Positions 1 to 9,877 are shown, counted from the first letter of the stretch. The stretch is 64,000 nt of DNA from an uncultured Halomonas sp. (GCA_964453565.1 CAYVPB010000008.1:614-64613), one strand, 5' to 3'. The notes: generated by a model from the sequence alone, not told the origin. A program made the numbers and translations.

Positions 1-225
1 GCTTCGCGGACCTGCCTGATGAGACTCTACCTCGGCTGGCTGTGCCAGGCCACCGGCAACTGCTGATGCCGATCATGGTAAATTTTCTGCACGACTAGAT
101 ACTGGTTGCCTGGTATCTCCGCAGCCCACCGAGGTCTCGCTGCACGAACGGTTCAGGCGGCGGGCTCGATTGCCTCAGCGTGGTTGTATGCAGGAACAAG
201 ATCTGAAGCGCCAAACGCGACCGAC

Positions 226-966
226 CTATCGCGAAGCCAGCACTACGCGCTGCCGAGGGGCTTCCAGCCGGGCCAGCCAGTTGCCGAAGATTCTCTCGGC
301 CAGCCCCAGCGTTGCAGGCAGATGCTCATGTGTCGCACTGCGGATCTCATCGGGAGTGCGCTTCAGCCCCGATCCGGCCAGATCGGCGCGATAGAAATCC
401 AGCGTCAGCCAGCGCCCGATCAGGCGTTCGTCGAGCTCGAGGTGAAACTGCAACGCCCATGCGTTGGAACCGGCGCGAAATGCCTGGCAACCGCTGTCGC
501 TGCTGTGGGCGAGGTTGGCTGCGCCGGTCGGGCAATCGAAGTCCCAGTGGTGCCACTGGAAAACGAAGCGCGGCCGGTCAAGCGGACACATCACCGGATC
601 ATCTTGCGTGTTGTCGGACGGGTTCAGCTTGTACCAACCAATCTCCGGCGCTAGACAGGGGCCGACGCGGGCGCCAAGCACATGGGCAAGCAACTGCCCA
701 CCGAGACAGATGCCCAGCGTCGGGATCTGTCGTTTCAGGGCCTGTTCGAGCAGCCGGCATTCCACGGCCAGGTGCGGTGACGGGTCGCCGACCTGCATTG
801 GGCCGCCAAGAACGATCAGTGCCTGGTAGCGGTCCAGGCGGGGCTTGGCGATCGGGTCGCGGGCGAAGTTGACATAGCGGATCCGGTGACCGGCCCGGCG
901 CAGCATTGGGTCGAGAACGCCCAGCGGTTCGGCCGCAACGTGTTGTAGTACCAGAACGCGTGCCAT
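226..966 (-). CDS. class I glutamine amidotransferase-like protein (GATase1 domain)
   Basis: Lies in ORF 226..1470(-). The first 168 codons are Arg/Ser/Cys-rich and overlap a better + strand gene. A plausible ATG is at 966 (MARVLVLQHVAAEP). Motifs: LIVLGGPMQV, nucleophile elbow LGICLGGQLL, and the His-Glu end WALQFHLE. Confidence 0.75.
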   Translation of the reverse strand: MARVLVLQHVAAEPLGVLDPMLRRAGHRIRYVNFARDPIAKPRLDRYQALIVLGGPMQVGDPSPHLAVECRLLEQALKRQIPTLGICLGGQLLAHVLGARVGPCLAPEIGWYKLNPSDNTQDDPVMCPLDRPRFVFQWHHWDFDCPTGAANLAHSSDSGCQAFRAGSNAWALQFHLELDERLIGRWLTLDFYRADLAGSGLKRTPDEIRSATHEHLPATLGLAERIFGNWLARLEAPRQRVVLASR

Positions 967-1179
967 GGCAAAAGCATACCCGATTGTCTGGTGGCTTCCG
1001 GTGCTCTGAAACCAGCACGGGCCAGCGGACATGGGTGCCTGTCGAACGGGCAGGGCCGCGCTTGAAGTACTGCGTCGGGAAGAGTAGAGTCGATTCTGGA
1101 AAGGCAGGGGCAAGTCGCAATCCGGGTCGCCGATCCAGTGGACCCGGCAGTCGAATCCATCAATCAGACAGCACACTAG

Positions 1180-1551
1180 ATGACCATCCGAATCCTTTGC
1201 TTGTTGCTGACACTGGCCCTGGTCGGGTGCGACCGTCAGGGCGCAGACTGGGAAGAAGCCCAGCACGAACTTGAGCTGGAGCGTGAACGTGAACGCGAGG
1301 CCCGGCGCGAAGCCGAGCAAGGCACCCATCGCGTGCAGCTTGCGGCAGTCCGCAGCCGGGACCAGGCCAGCCAAAGTATCGAGCTGCTCGAACAGCGACT
1401 CGGACAAGTGCTGGGTAACGTGGGCCTGGAATCGGAGCGGACCAATGGTCTGTATCGACTGGTGACCCAACCGGTGAGCCGAGACCAGGCAAGCGAGCTG
1501 TGCGAGACCCTCAAGCAGCGCGGCCAGGATTGCCTCGTGCGCCGGCGCTGA
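1180..1551 (+). CDS. SPOR-domain lipoprotein
   Basis: Signal peptide with lipobox LALVGC, then a Glu/Arg-rich linker (ELELEREREREARRE). The C-terminal part is SPOR-like (VQLAAVRSRDQA...LYRLVTQPVSRDQASELCETLKQRGQDCLV). Confidence 0.65.
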   Translation: MTIRILCLLLTLALVGCDRQGADWEEAQHELELEREREREARREAEQGTHRVQLAAVRSRDQASQSIELLEQRLGQVLGNVGLESERTNGLYRLVTQPVSRDQASELCETLKQRGQDCLVRRR

Positions 1552-1654
1552 AGCGGTCCGACTTCGGCCTGAGTCGCGGGCGCGAGTCGCGATGACCGGT
1601 GACCTCTACCAGTCTATTCCCGCCCCGGGCGTGTGAACTGATCTGATTCTGGTC

Positions 1655-1909
1655 TTGCATGCATTGATCGTATGTATTGTGATCGCTGGCCAGTTGCTGA
1701 TTCTGGCAGGCTGGTGGCGGGGCTGGTTCTGGGTCAGGAACACCTGGTTCCGGTTTGTCCATCTGGCCACGAATGTCGTGGTGGTGCTGCTGGCTTGGTT
1801 GGGTCGGCCGTGTCCGCTGACGATCTGGGAGCGGGATCTGCGGCGCGCGGCGGGACAGGCCTTGCATGAGCAGAGCTTCATTGAATACTGGGTCGCCGTA
1901 TATTTGTAA
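1655..1909 (+). CDS. DUF2784-like small membrane protein
   Basis: Two hydrophobic helices followed by the CPLT..E motif (GRPCPLTIWERDLRRAAG...FIEYW) that I recall as typical of DUF2784. The start is TTG, and the exact start is uncertain. Confidence 0.55.
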   Translation: MHALIVCIVIAGQLLILAGWWRGWFWVRNTWFRFVHLATNVVVVLLAWLGRPCPLTIWERDLRRAAGQALHEQSFIEYWVAVYL

Positions 1910-2087
1910 CTGATACTCAGCCCTGCATACCCACCTCTCTTCAGGCCTGAATGACCGCGCCGGACGGGCTCGGCATTTTCGGGAACGGTCAGGTCGGCTC
2001 GAGGGACGGGGCCAAGGCGAGAAAATTCATCCTGTAGTAGATAGAATCTGGTCCTCGGGTGCCATTGCGTTCGGCAGCCCCCGATCA

Positions 2088-3632
2088 ATGAGTGTCTTCT
2101 TGGGGACTGTAGCCACTGAAGCTGAGGTTATCTTGCACGAAACGGTCGAGCACAACAGGCAATCACCCGCCGGTCAGCCACCTTTGGTGCTGGTATTCGG
2201 CGCGAGTGGTTACATCGGCACCTGGCTTATTCCCAGGCTACTCGATGAGCCGGTGCGTATTCGCGCCGTGTCGCGTGACCAGCGCGTGCTTCGGGCCCGG
2301 CAGTGGGACGGGGTAGACCTGGCCGAGGCTGATGTGCTGGATCCCGGCTCTCTTCCCGCCGTGCTGGAGGGGGTGGATATTGCTTATTACCTCGTACATT
2401 CCATGGGTGCCGGCAAGGGCTTTGGCGCACTGGACTTCAGGGCGGCGGACAACTTTGCGGCGGCGGCAGCAGCCGCTGGCGTGCAGCGCATCGTCTACCT
2501 GGGCGGGCTTGTGCCGCAAGGCTCGGACAGCGAGCATATCCTGTCCCGGGCCGAGACCGGAGAACGGCTGCGGCGCGGATCCGTGCCGGTGACAGAGCTG
2601 CGAGCGGGCATCATCATCGGGCCGGGCTCGGCGGCATTCGAAGTCATGCGGGACCTCACCTTGCACCTGCCGGTCATGACCACGCCGCGATGGGTGCGTG
2701 CCAAGTCGCCCCCGATTGCACTGGATAACCTGCTTGAGTACCTCGTGCGCGTGCCCTTCCTCGAAGCGGCTGCCGGGCGAATCCTGGATGCTGGTGGCCC
2801 GGAGCGGGTGAGCTATGAGCAGCTAATGCAGGAACTCGCCGTCGCGGCGGGCAAGCGGCCGCCGCTGATCATTCCCGTGCCGGTACTGACCCCCGGACTT
2901 TCCGCCTACTGGCTGGGTCTGGTGACAGCAGTGCCAACCAGCGTGGCGAAAGCCCTGATCGGCGGACTGAAAAGCGATTTCCAGGCCGATGATGGCGAGC
3001 TCAGAGCTCTCGTCCCCCAGCGGCTTCTGGGCGTTGCCGAGGCCATTGAAGCCGCGTTTGCCGCCGAACGCGAGCATCGCGTGGTAGCGCGCTGGAGCGA
3101 AGGCGCCTTTCCCCTGCGTAACTACGACCATGACGTGGCGTACTACGCAAAAAAAGCGACCGGGGAGGCCTGCACCAGCGCAAGCCCCGAGACAGTTTGG
3201 GCACAGCTTGCATCCATTGGTGGGCGCAACCGCTATTACTTCGCCAACTGGCTTTGGACGATTCGCGAGTTTCTGGACTGGTGTGTCGGCGGTCGTGGCT
3301 TGTCCCGCGGACGCCGCGACCCGAATACGCTGCGCCTCGGGGACAAGGTCGACAGCTGGACCGTGCTGGGCATGGAAAAGCCGCGCCGGCTGACGCTCAA
3401 GATGGGCATGAAAGCTCCGGGCTCGGGAATACTGGAGTTCGAAATCATCCCGGAGGCAGGCGGTGGTTCGCGGATTCGCGCAACCGGTTACTGGCACCCC
3501 AAAGGGTTCTGGGGTCTGTGCTACTGGTATGCGTTGGTGCCCGCGCACCTGTTCCTGTTCCGCGGATGGACCCGTGCCATTGCTGCCCGCGTCGAGGCCG
3601 CCGGGCGGGACGGGTCGGAAGCCAGGCGTTAG
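2088..3632 (+). CDS. NAD(P)-binding SDR/NmrA-like protein with C-terminal DUF2867-like domain
   Basis: Rossmann motif VLVFGASGYIGTWLIPRLL near the N-terminus. The ORF is 514 aa with good GC3 coding bias. The C-terminal ~150 aa (WTVLGMEKPRRLTLKMGMKAPGSGILEFEI) resembles DUF2867. Confidence 0.8.
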   Translation: MSVFLGTVATEAEVILHETVEHNRQSPAGQPPLVLVFGASGYIGTWLIPRLLDEPVRIRAVSRDQRVLRARQWDGVDLAEADVLDPGSLPAVLEGVDIAYYLVHSMGAGKGFGALDFRAADNFAAAAAAAGVQRIVYLGGLVPQGSDSEHILSRAETGERLRRGSVPVTELRAGIIIGPGSAAFEVMRDLTLHLPVMTTPRWVRAKSPPIALDNLLEYLVRVPFLEAAAGRILDAGGPERVSYEQLMQELAVAAGKRPPLIIPVPVLTPGLSAYWLGLVTAVPTSVAKALIGGLKSDFQADDGELRALVPQRLLGVAEAIEAAFAAEREHRVVARWSEGAFPLRNYDHDVAYYAKKATGEACTSASPETVWAQLASIGGRNRYYFANWLWTIREFLDWCVGGRGLSRGRRDPNTLRLGDKVDSWTVLGMEKPRRLTLKMGMKAPGSGILEFEIIPEAGGGSRIRATGYWHPKGFWGLCYWYALVPAHLFLFRGWTRAIAARVEAAGRDGSEARR

Positions 3633-4429
3633 TGATCGTCCAGAGCCGCTGCGCAAACTTTGCGCACATCGTGCTTCTGGCCGAGAGCCTCGAGATTAAG
3701 ATACAGGGTAATCAAGTAGAAGCCGACAAAGACGAAGTCGCTGTGGAGCCGGTAATCGTGGGCGAGAAAGAAATCGAACAGCCGGTCGAAAGAAGCCTTG
3801 AATTCGTCGATGGAAAACCGTTGTGCGCCGCTCTCCATACCGAAATGCCGGGTCAGCAGTTCGAGAAGCTGGTTTTCTCCGGCGCTCCCTAGCCCCGGTC
3901 GCAGCATGCCCATTCGGGCCAGCGCATCGCGCAGCGACTCCTCGTCGTCAGCGTAGAAGGACCGGTACAGACTCACCATGCCTTCACGAAATTCCGGGCG
4001 CAGCTTGAGCCACAAGCCGTTTGGCGAAAAGTACAGCTCCCGCTCCGACCAAGCAAAACGACCCGGTCGGAGATCGAGAAACAGACCATCCTCAACCAGC
4101 CACTGGCGAAAGTACAAGTGCAAAACCCGATCACCCGCGCTGCGCCGCTGGGCGGTGTGGTCCAGGTCTTCCAGGGCCAAGGCGTCACGCGGTGGCCGAT
4201 CGACCGTGACGCGCTGTACCAGTTTCCCGGTTAGTTGTCGCTGACGCTTCAAACCGGAGCCACTGACAAATCGCCAGCTAAGGCTGCGCAGCGAGGCCAG
4301 CATGGGACGCCACTCCACCGCGTCCCAGCCGCGGGCCGGGACAAAGCGGGCGAGTTGACGCAGTTCCTCGGGAAGAAAGCCCGGCAGTTGCATGCCTGTC
4401 AGAACCTGGCTGACTTCAGCGGCCAGCAT
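3629..4429 (-). CDS. hypothetical protein (no recognised domain)
   Basis: 266-aa ORF with coherent, non-low-complexity composition and codon bias. Its stop overlaps the stop of the convergent 2088..3632 gene by 4 nt. Confidence 0.55.
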   Translation of the reverse strand: MLAAEVSQVLTGMQLPGFLPEELRQLARFVPARGWDAVEWRPMLASLRSLSWRFVSGSGLKRQRQLTGKLVQRVTVDRPPRDALALEDLDHTAQRRSAGDRVLHLYFRQWLVEDGLFLDLRPGRFAWSERELYFSPNGLWLKLRPEFREGMVSLYRSFYADDEESLRDALARMGMLRPGLGSAGENQLLELLTRHFGMESGAQRFSIDEFKASFDRLFDFFLAHDYRLHSDFVFVGFYLITLYLNLEALGQKHDVRKVCAAALDDH

Positions 4430-4816
4430 TTCTCCCAGACGCTACTTGTCGCCACATCGGGGATCCCGGTTCTGGTCATGATGGAAGTCACGTCAATCAC
4501 AAGCTGATCTCGCAAGGTAATAATTCTCGGATTTTACAAGCCAACTCCGGAGTTGGATGTCGATGATTTTGCTTTCCCCCCTCCGGAGGGGGCTATTCGC
4601 GTCGCCCGTAAAGACCTCCCTCGCTGTCATCGCCGCGCGTCAGCGGGGCAAATTGCTTGTGGTCGGCCGTTTGGCGGAAATGCGCCAGCGTCCAGTAACG
4701 TCAAGTTCGTTGAATTGGTTGGTCTGGCTGCCGTGCCTATGATGCTGCGGGATCAGTCTTGATCACCGGTGCCGGGTCTGGGTTATCATGCCGGTCCGAC
4801 CGACTTTGCATGCTGC

Positions 4817-5488
4817 ATGAGCGACAAAAAGCAGACCGATCCGGCCGCCTTTCCGGCCCAGCAGCGCGAATTCTATCTGACCGGCCCGGCTGGCCGGCTG
4901 GAGTGCATCTCCGACGCGCCTGAAGCAGACAAGGCGCGCCCGGTCACCGCGGTGTTGTGCCATCCGCATCCCCAGCATGGCGGCACCATGCGCAACAAGG
5001 TGGTCACGATCATGGAACGTGCGCTGCGCGAGAGCGGGCTGCGCACGGTCCGATTCAATTTCCGCGGTACCGGTGGCAGTGTCGGCGAATTCGACAACGG
5101 CAATGGCGAGCTCGACGACCTGCAGGCCGTGGTCGAATGGGTGCGCAAAACGAGACCGGAAGATGACCTGTGGCTGGGAGGGTTTTCGTTCGGCGCCTGG
5201 ATTTCGCTGCGCGCGGCGCAGGACCTGCCGGTGCGCATGCTGATTTCCGTGGCACCCCCGGTAGAACGTTACGGCTTCGACAAGCTGGTCGCCCCCAACT
5301 GCCCGTGGTTGGTGGTCCAGGGTGACGAGGACGAGGTCGTTTCTCCGCGCGCGGTGTTCGACTGGATCGACAGTCTCGATCGCAGGCCCGAGCTGGTGGT
5401 CATGGAGGGCAGCGATCATTTCTTTCACCGCCGGTTGATGGACTTGCGCGGATTGATCCGGAATGCGGTCCAGAATCATTTGCCTTGA
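4817..5488 (+). CDS. alpha/beta hydrolase (COG2945-like)
   Basis: CHPHPQHGGTMRNKVV motif and nucleophile elbow GFSFGAW, with the late acidic/His region (VVQGDEDEVV, GSDHFF). ATG at 4817 (MSDKKQ) is preferred over the upstream ORF start at 4769. Confidence 0.75.
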   Translation: MSDKKQTDPAAFPAQQREFYLTGPAGRLECISDAPEADKARPVTAVLCHPHPQHGGTMRNKVVTIMERALRESGLRTVRFNFRGTGGSVGEFDNGNGELDDLQAVVEWVRKTRPEDDLWLGGFSFGAWISLRAAQDLPVRMLISVAPPVERYGFDKLVAPNCPWLVVQGDEDEVVSPRAVFDWIDSLDRRPELVVMEGSDHFFHRRLMDLRGLIRNAVQNHLP

Positions 5489-6579
5489 AATCCGGCGCAA
5501 AACATCGCGGCGCTGACGGGCCGCTTGCCCGCTACTGTGGGCTGATCGAATCCGGCAAGCTTGTGGCCGACGACGCGCAGCGGCGGGTGGCCGGTGAACT
5601 GCAGCGCAGCTACAATGAACTTGTGCACAAGCGGGGTGGCTGGTTCCGGCGCGCGCCGCGGGTCGAAGGGGTCTACATTCATGGCGGGGTCGGGCGCGGC
5701 AAGACCCTGCTCATGGACTTGTTTGTGGCAGCGCTGCAACAAGCCGGAATCCAGGTCGAGCGGGCCCATTTCCACCGGTTCATGGATGGCGTGCATACGC
5801 AACTCAAGTCGCATCGGCAGCATGAGGATCCACTGGCCCGGATCGGCATGGCGTTGCGCAAGCGGGCACGGGTGATGTGCTTTGATGAGTTTCATGTCGA
5901 GGACATTGCCGATGCCATGATTCTTGGCGAATTGACCCGGCACTGGTTCGATCAGGACATGACGCTGGTCACGACCAGCAACCAGGCGCCGCACGGATTG
6001 TATGCCGGCGGCCTGCAGCGCCGGCGCTTCGAGCCGGCGATCGAAAATATCGAAGGTCATTGCCGGGTCGTGGCGCTTGAGGCGGCCACCGACTTCCGCT
6101 TGCGCGAACTGGAGTGCCATCCCACCTGGTACACCCCTTGCGGGGATGAAACCGAGCGCGGGCTGGAAGCGGAATTTCGCGCGCTCAGCGCCGATCAGCC
6201 CCGCCTGCCCGGTCCACTCAAAATCCGCGGCCGGAAGCTGCCGATCAGATGTCGCTCGGGTTCGCTGCTTTGGGCGGATTTTGACCAGCTCTGCGAAGGC
6301 CCGCGTTCGGCCGCTGATTACATCGAGCTGGCATACCGCTTTTCCACCCTGTTCATCTCGAACATTCCGCAAATGAACGATGATCGTAACAATGCCGCCC
6401 GGCGTTTTGTGCATCTGATCGACGAGTGCTACGACCGTTCGGTCAAGGTCATCGCTTCCAGCGGTGTGGCCATTGAACAGCTTTATCAGGGGAAAAAACT
6501 GGCAGGACCCTTCCAGCGCACGGTCTCGCGGCTGGTGGAGATGCAAAGCCAGGAGTATCTGGCTCGCCCGCATCAATAA
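5485..6579 (+). CDS. zapE: cell division protein ZapE (AFG1-family ATPase)
   Basis: Walker A GGVGRGKTLLMD, Walker B VMCFDEFHVEDI, and AFG1-like length (364 aa). Its start overlaps the upstream stop by 4 nt. Confidence 0.85.
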   Translation: MKSGAKHRGADGPLARYCGLIESGKLVADDAQRRVAGELQRSYNELVHKRGGWFRRAPRVEGVYIHGGVGRGKTLLMDLFVAALQQAGIQVERAHFHRFMDGVHTQLKSHRQHEDPLARIGMALRKRARVMCFDEFHVEDIADAMILGELTRHWFDQDMTLVTTSNQAPHGLYAGGLQRRRFEPAIENIEGHCRVVALEAATDFRLRELECHPTWYTPCGDETERGLEAEFRALSADQPRLPGPLKIRGRKLPIRCRSGSLLWADFDQLCEGPRSAADYIELAYRFSTLFISNIPQMNDDRNNAARRFVHLIDECYDRSVKVIASSGVAIEQLYQGKKLAGPFQRTVSRLVEMQSQEYLARPHQ

Positions 6580-6582
6580 AAA

Positions 6583-6611
6583 GGCCCCGGGAGAGGGAGG
6601 AACCCGGGGCC
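6583..6611 (+). terminator. GC-rich hairpin downstream of zapE
   Basis: GGCCCCGGG-N11-CCCGGGGCC begins 4 nt after the zapE stop. The downstream T-run is weak, so this may be a weak or factor-assisted terminator. Confidence 0.5.
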
Positions 6612-6879
6612 TGGAGTTGGATCCGGTTTGGGGACGAAGACCGAATCCGGTGGGGCCCGCTCAGGGAGGAAAGCGAAACCCCGCCCCTGCGCAGGGCACT
6701 TCTTGGGACCGGCCACTGGTGCGAAAAGTTTCAGAGAATGGCCAAATTTTTTCCAGGCCGCGTCCCCGGCGGGTAATTGACCTTGTAACGCAACGCCGCT
6801 TGGTTCATCATATGCAGTGGACGCTGTCGGGTGTCGCGACGGCGCGAACATCGTTCCCTTCAAATTGTGGAGTATGTCA

Positions 6880-7173
6880 ATGAATTTCCGGAATCGCAAT
6901 GCATTGCTCAAGAGCGCTGCGGCAGCATTCATGCTGGCGCTGGCGGCTGGTTGTGCCACCACGGCCCAGGTTGAACAGGCGCAGGCCGAAGCGGCCGAGG
7001 CCAAGCGGATGGCCCAGGAGGCCCAGAGCATGGTTGAAAATGCTCGCAGCATGATGCAGCAGGCCATGGAAGCCGCGCGCGCCGCCCGGGCTGCCGCCGA
7101 CGCTTCGCAGAACTGCTGCAACGACCTTGAGCGCAAGCTTGATCGTGCCCTGCAGGATATGCAGCGCAAGTAA
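6880..7173 (+). CDS. Lpp/OprI-type alanine-zipper outer-membrane lipoprotein
   Basis: MNFRNRNALLKSAAAAFMLALAAGC gives a signal peptide plus lipobox. The mature part is an Ala/Gln/Glu-rich coiled coil (AQAEAAEAKRMAQEAQSM...) ending in K, as in Lpp/OprI. A strong terminator follows. Confidence 0.7.
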   Translation: MNFRNRNALLKSAAAAFMLALAAGCATTAQVEQAQAEAAEAKRMAQEAQSMVENARSMMQQAMEAARAARAAADASQNCCNDLERKLDRALQDMQRK

Positions 7174-7200
7174 ATCCGCGGTTTTACGCACTGAAACAGG

Positions 7201-7224
7201 CGCCGGGCTCCGCCCGGCGTTTTT
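7201..7224 (+). terminator. rho-independent terminator of the lipoprotein gene
   Basis: CGCCGGGC-TCC-GCCCGGCG followed by TTTTT, 28 nt after the stop codon. Confidence 0.8.
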
Positions 7225-7253
7225 GATGGCGAGGCGAGTTCGGGCTGGGTCGG

Positions 7254-8264
7254 TCAGCGCGGTCCCCGGGCGATGGTTATGGCAATCGCCACGGCAACCC
7301 CGTCTGCTCGTTCGAACGCCGCGCGGGCGGCCTCCAGGTCCGGCTCGGCCCGGCGCTGGCCGGCTCTGGTCTCGATGCGCTGGAGCAGGTCCTGCCACAG
7401 GTGTTCGGCATGCCGATCCCCCGGTTCCTCCCCAGCCGGGTCGATCTGCAGGTAAAGCCTGTCTCCGCGCCACCCCAGTCTGGCGGGCTGGTCGATGATG
7501 CGCACCCGGGTGCCCACCGGAACCTGATGTATCAGACTGGCGATGCTTTCCGGATACAGGCGAATGCAACCCTGGCTGACCTGCATGCCGACGCCGGTGG
7601 GGCGGTGGGTGCCGTGAATGACCAGGCCGTCGGCATCCAGGACCAGGGCGTGAGCGCCAAGCGGATTTTCCGGGCCGGCAGGCACCACTGACGGCAAAGT
7701 CTGGCCCAGTTCGCGCCGATACCATTCCCGAACCAGTGGTGGCGGGTACCAAGCCGGATTCTCAACCCGGGCCGTGACTCGGGTATCGACCACGGGCGTG
7801 GCTCGATCAACCAGCCCCACGCCGACCGGGTGGGTGATGATGCGACGCAAGTCCGAATCTCCCTGCCGGTTGTCGAAATAGTAAAGTCTGCGATCGCTCA
7901 GATTGACCACCACACCCTGGTGGCTGATTTTCGGCAGTACGTGCAGTTGCGGAATGGTGATTTCTCGACCCGGATATTCCAGCCAGGGATCCATCCCGGG
8001 GTTTGCCGCGCGGATCTCGAAATGGCCCAGGCTGTGCATACGCGCCATGTCAACCAGCGTGTCGCCGGGTCGCATGCGGTCGGCGGTCAGTTCACCGATG
8101 ACTTCGTCACCTTCTGCCAGCGGCCAATCCACGGCCCGCGCCGGTCCCGGCAATCCCATCAGCAGTAGCCAGAGGGTCAGCCATGTGCAAGCGGCGATCC
8201 CTGCGACGAGGCTGCTGCGGATTCGGCATTGCCCGTAGGAGCCGCGTCCACGCGGCGATAACAA
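7254..8264 (-). CDS. L,D-transpeptidase (YkuD domain) with LysM-like N-terminal region
   Basis: Catalytic motif HGTHRPTGVGMQVSQGCIRL, and a LysM-like segment GDTLVDMARMHSLGHFEIRAANPG. The ORF extends to 8450, but a TTG at 8264 gives a normal signal peptide (LSPRGRG...IAACTWLTLWLLLMGLPGPARA). The start is uncertain. Confidence 0.8.
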   Translation of the reverse strand: MLSPRGRGSYGQCRIRSSLVAGIAACTWLTLWLLLMGLPGPARAVDWPLAEGDEVIGELTADRMRPGDTLVDMARMHSLGHFEIRAANPGMDPWLEYPGREITIPQLHVLPKISHQGVVVNLSDRRLYYFDNRQGDSDLRRIITHPVGVGLVDRATPVVDTRVTARVENPAWYPPPLVREWYRRELGQTLPSVVPAGPENPLGAHALVLDADGLVIHGTHRPTGVGMQVSQGCIRLYPESIASLIHQVPVGTRVRIIDQPARLGWRGDRLYLQIDPAGEEPGDRHAEHLWQDLLQRIETRAGQRRAEPDLEAARAAFERADGVAVAIAITIARGPR

Positions 8265-8439
8265 GGCGGGAGGAATCGGCTGGCGACAATCGGCTGGCGA
8301 GAATCGCGATGTGGACGTCGCTGCTGCGCGGGGGGTGGCAAGGAGGGTTCGGGATCGTCCGCTGGTCCCGCGGACCTCGCAGCCGGCGGCCGGATCGCTT
8401 CTATAATGCTCCATAAATTTCAACGCTTGGCAACCCGTC

Positions 8440-8976
8440 ATGGATTTCAATCAGATCAGTCCCGGGATCAATCCGCCGGATGATTTCAACGTCATCATCG
8501 AGATTCCGACCGATGGCCAGCCGATCAAGTATGAAGTCGACAAGTCCAGCGGCGCGATCATGGTCAACCGGCTTCTTGCGACCTCGATGCGCTATCCGTG
8601 CAATTATGGCTTCATTCCCAACACGCTTGCCGAGGACGGTGACCCGCTGGACGTGATGGTGCTGATCCGGCCCGGTCTGATTCCCGGGTCCGTGATTCGA
8701 TGCCGGCCGATCGGCTATCTCGAAATGACCGACGAGGAGGGCCGCGACAACAAGATCGCCGCGCTTCCGGTCGAGAAGATCAGCCCGCTGCACGAGGATA
8801 TTCGTGACGTCAAGGACCTGGCCACCTTCAGCCGCCGCCAGATCCGCCACTTCTTCGCCCATTACAAAGACCTGGAAATCGGCAAGTGGGTCGAGGTGCT
8901 GGGCTGGCATGGCCCCGATGATGCCCGAACCGAGATCATGGATGCGATCGAGCGGTTCAAGTCCAGTCAGAGCTGA
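8440..8976 (+). CDS. ppa: inorganic pyrophosphatase
   Basis: Family I PPase signature: IIEIPTDGQPIKYEVDKSSG, YPCNYGFIPNTLAEDGDPLDVMVL. Length 178 aa. Confidence 0.95.
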   Translation: MDFNQISPGINPPDDFNVIIEIPTDGQPIKYEVDKSSGAIMVNRLLATSMRYPCNYGFIPNTLAEDGDPLDVMVLIRPGLIPGSVIRCRPIGYLEMTDEEGRDNKIAALPVEKISPLHEDIRDVKDLATFSRRQIRHFFAHYKDLEIGKWVEVLGWHGPDDARTEIMDAIERFKSSQS

Positions 8977-9869
8977 TGCTCCCGATCGAAATAGGGCGCA
9001 ATTACCGGCCACAGATACCACTGTTCGGGATGATTTGCGATCAGCTCCGAGGTCCAGTTCGAGTAGCGTTCGGCCAGTTCATTGGCACGACATGAAAGCA
9101 GTCGTACCCTGACCTTTCCGCAGGTCAGATCCATGATCGGCTGAAACACGATCACATCTGCTTTGGCCTGCTGAACCAGATCGCGACCGCCCGTGGGAAG
9201 CCGCATGTGCCGTGCGCCCACCTGTAGGGTCCATTCGGCCGATCCGGTTTGCGTCGGAGTATCGAAATGGATGACCGGCACGCAATCTCCTGATTCCAGC
9301 ATGCTTTCGATCTGGGAGCGGGATCCACCAGTTGCCACGCATCCGCCGGGGCATAGTCTGAGAATCAGGCGGTATCTAAGCAAATTCCATACATAGCCGG
9401 CCGGACGACGCCATAGCCAGGCACGAGTCGGCGGCCGGAATATCAGGCGTGGGTCCAGCCCGGCCTCCCTCAAGCTCCACAGGACGACAATGCCGGCGCC
9501 GAAGTGGGCACCGACGGCTACAAACCCCGGGGTGTCAGGCCATTGGCCTTCCATTTCCATTACCGGTGCACGGCCCATCCACACGCGCCAGGCCACCGCC
9601 GCTTCCATCAGCACCGCCCACCGCAATTCGCGCGCGCTCATGCTCCGGTCCGGCCAGCATGATTTGTAAGTTCCGACCGACTGCGGGTCATCGGGGTGGA
9701 AATTCACAAGCCTGGCCACTAGCCACAACAGTCGAGTGCCTAGGGAAGGTGGCAACAAGGCGGCCAGAAAAGCGGCCACCCAGATTCCGGTCAGGTCATG
9801 AGCCAGCAGTCTCAGGAAGCGCACGGAAGAAATCCCGGCAAAACTGATGATTGGTCGATGAACGTACAA
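8967..9869 (-). CDS. LpxL/HtrB-family (lipid A-type) acyltransferase homologue, divergent
   Basis: Collinear with LpxL: N-terminal TM helix, GFVAVGAHFGAGIVV (compare VGVHFMSLELGG), GDCVPVIHFDTP (compare AVWFAPDQD), and C-terminal NHPEQWYLW (compare APEQYLWIHRRF). The acidic residue of the HX4E/D motif is not conserved. The start is TTG and uncertain. Confidence 0.6.
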   Translation of the reverse strand: MYVHRPIISFAGISSVRFLRLLAHDLTGIWVAAFLAALLPPSLGTRLLWLVARLVNFHPDDPQSVGTYKSCWPDRSMSARELRWAVLMEAAVAWRVWMGRAPVMEMEGQWPDTPGFVAVGAHFGAGIVVLWSLREAGLDPRLIFRPPTRAWLWRRPAGYVWNLLRYRLILRLCPGGCVATGGSRSQIESMLESGDCVPVIHFDTPTQTGSAEWTLQVGARHMRLPTGGRDLVQQAKADVIVFQPIMDLTCGKVRVRLLSCRANELAERYSNWTSELIANHPEQWYLWPVIAPYFDREHQL

Positions 9870-9877
9870 TCCTGCAA

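Noticed and set aside
226-1470. The full-length 414-aa version of the GATase ORF.
   Set aside because: The upstream 168 codons overlap the SPOR-lipoprotein gene on the other strand and lack protein-like composition. The GATase domain begins at the ATG at 966.
4430-4768. An RNA gene (SRP/4.5S, 6S, tRNA) in the 340-bp gap.
   Set aside because: I found no GGUCCGGAAGGAAGCAGCC-type SRP core, no tRNA cloverleaf or T-loop GTTCGAATC-type motif, and no extended 6S-like closing stem. Only two short palindromes are present, and these are reported as a finding.
5476-6576. A 366-aa minus-strand ORF.
   Set aside because: It lies entirely antisense to zapE, has no motifs, and is a typical GC-rich antisense frame.
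6877-7752. A 291-aa minus-strand ORF rich in Arg/Pro/Gly.
   Set aside because: It overlaps both the Lpp-like gene (opposite strand) and the L,D-transpeptidase gene (same strand, different frame). The composition is non-protein-like.
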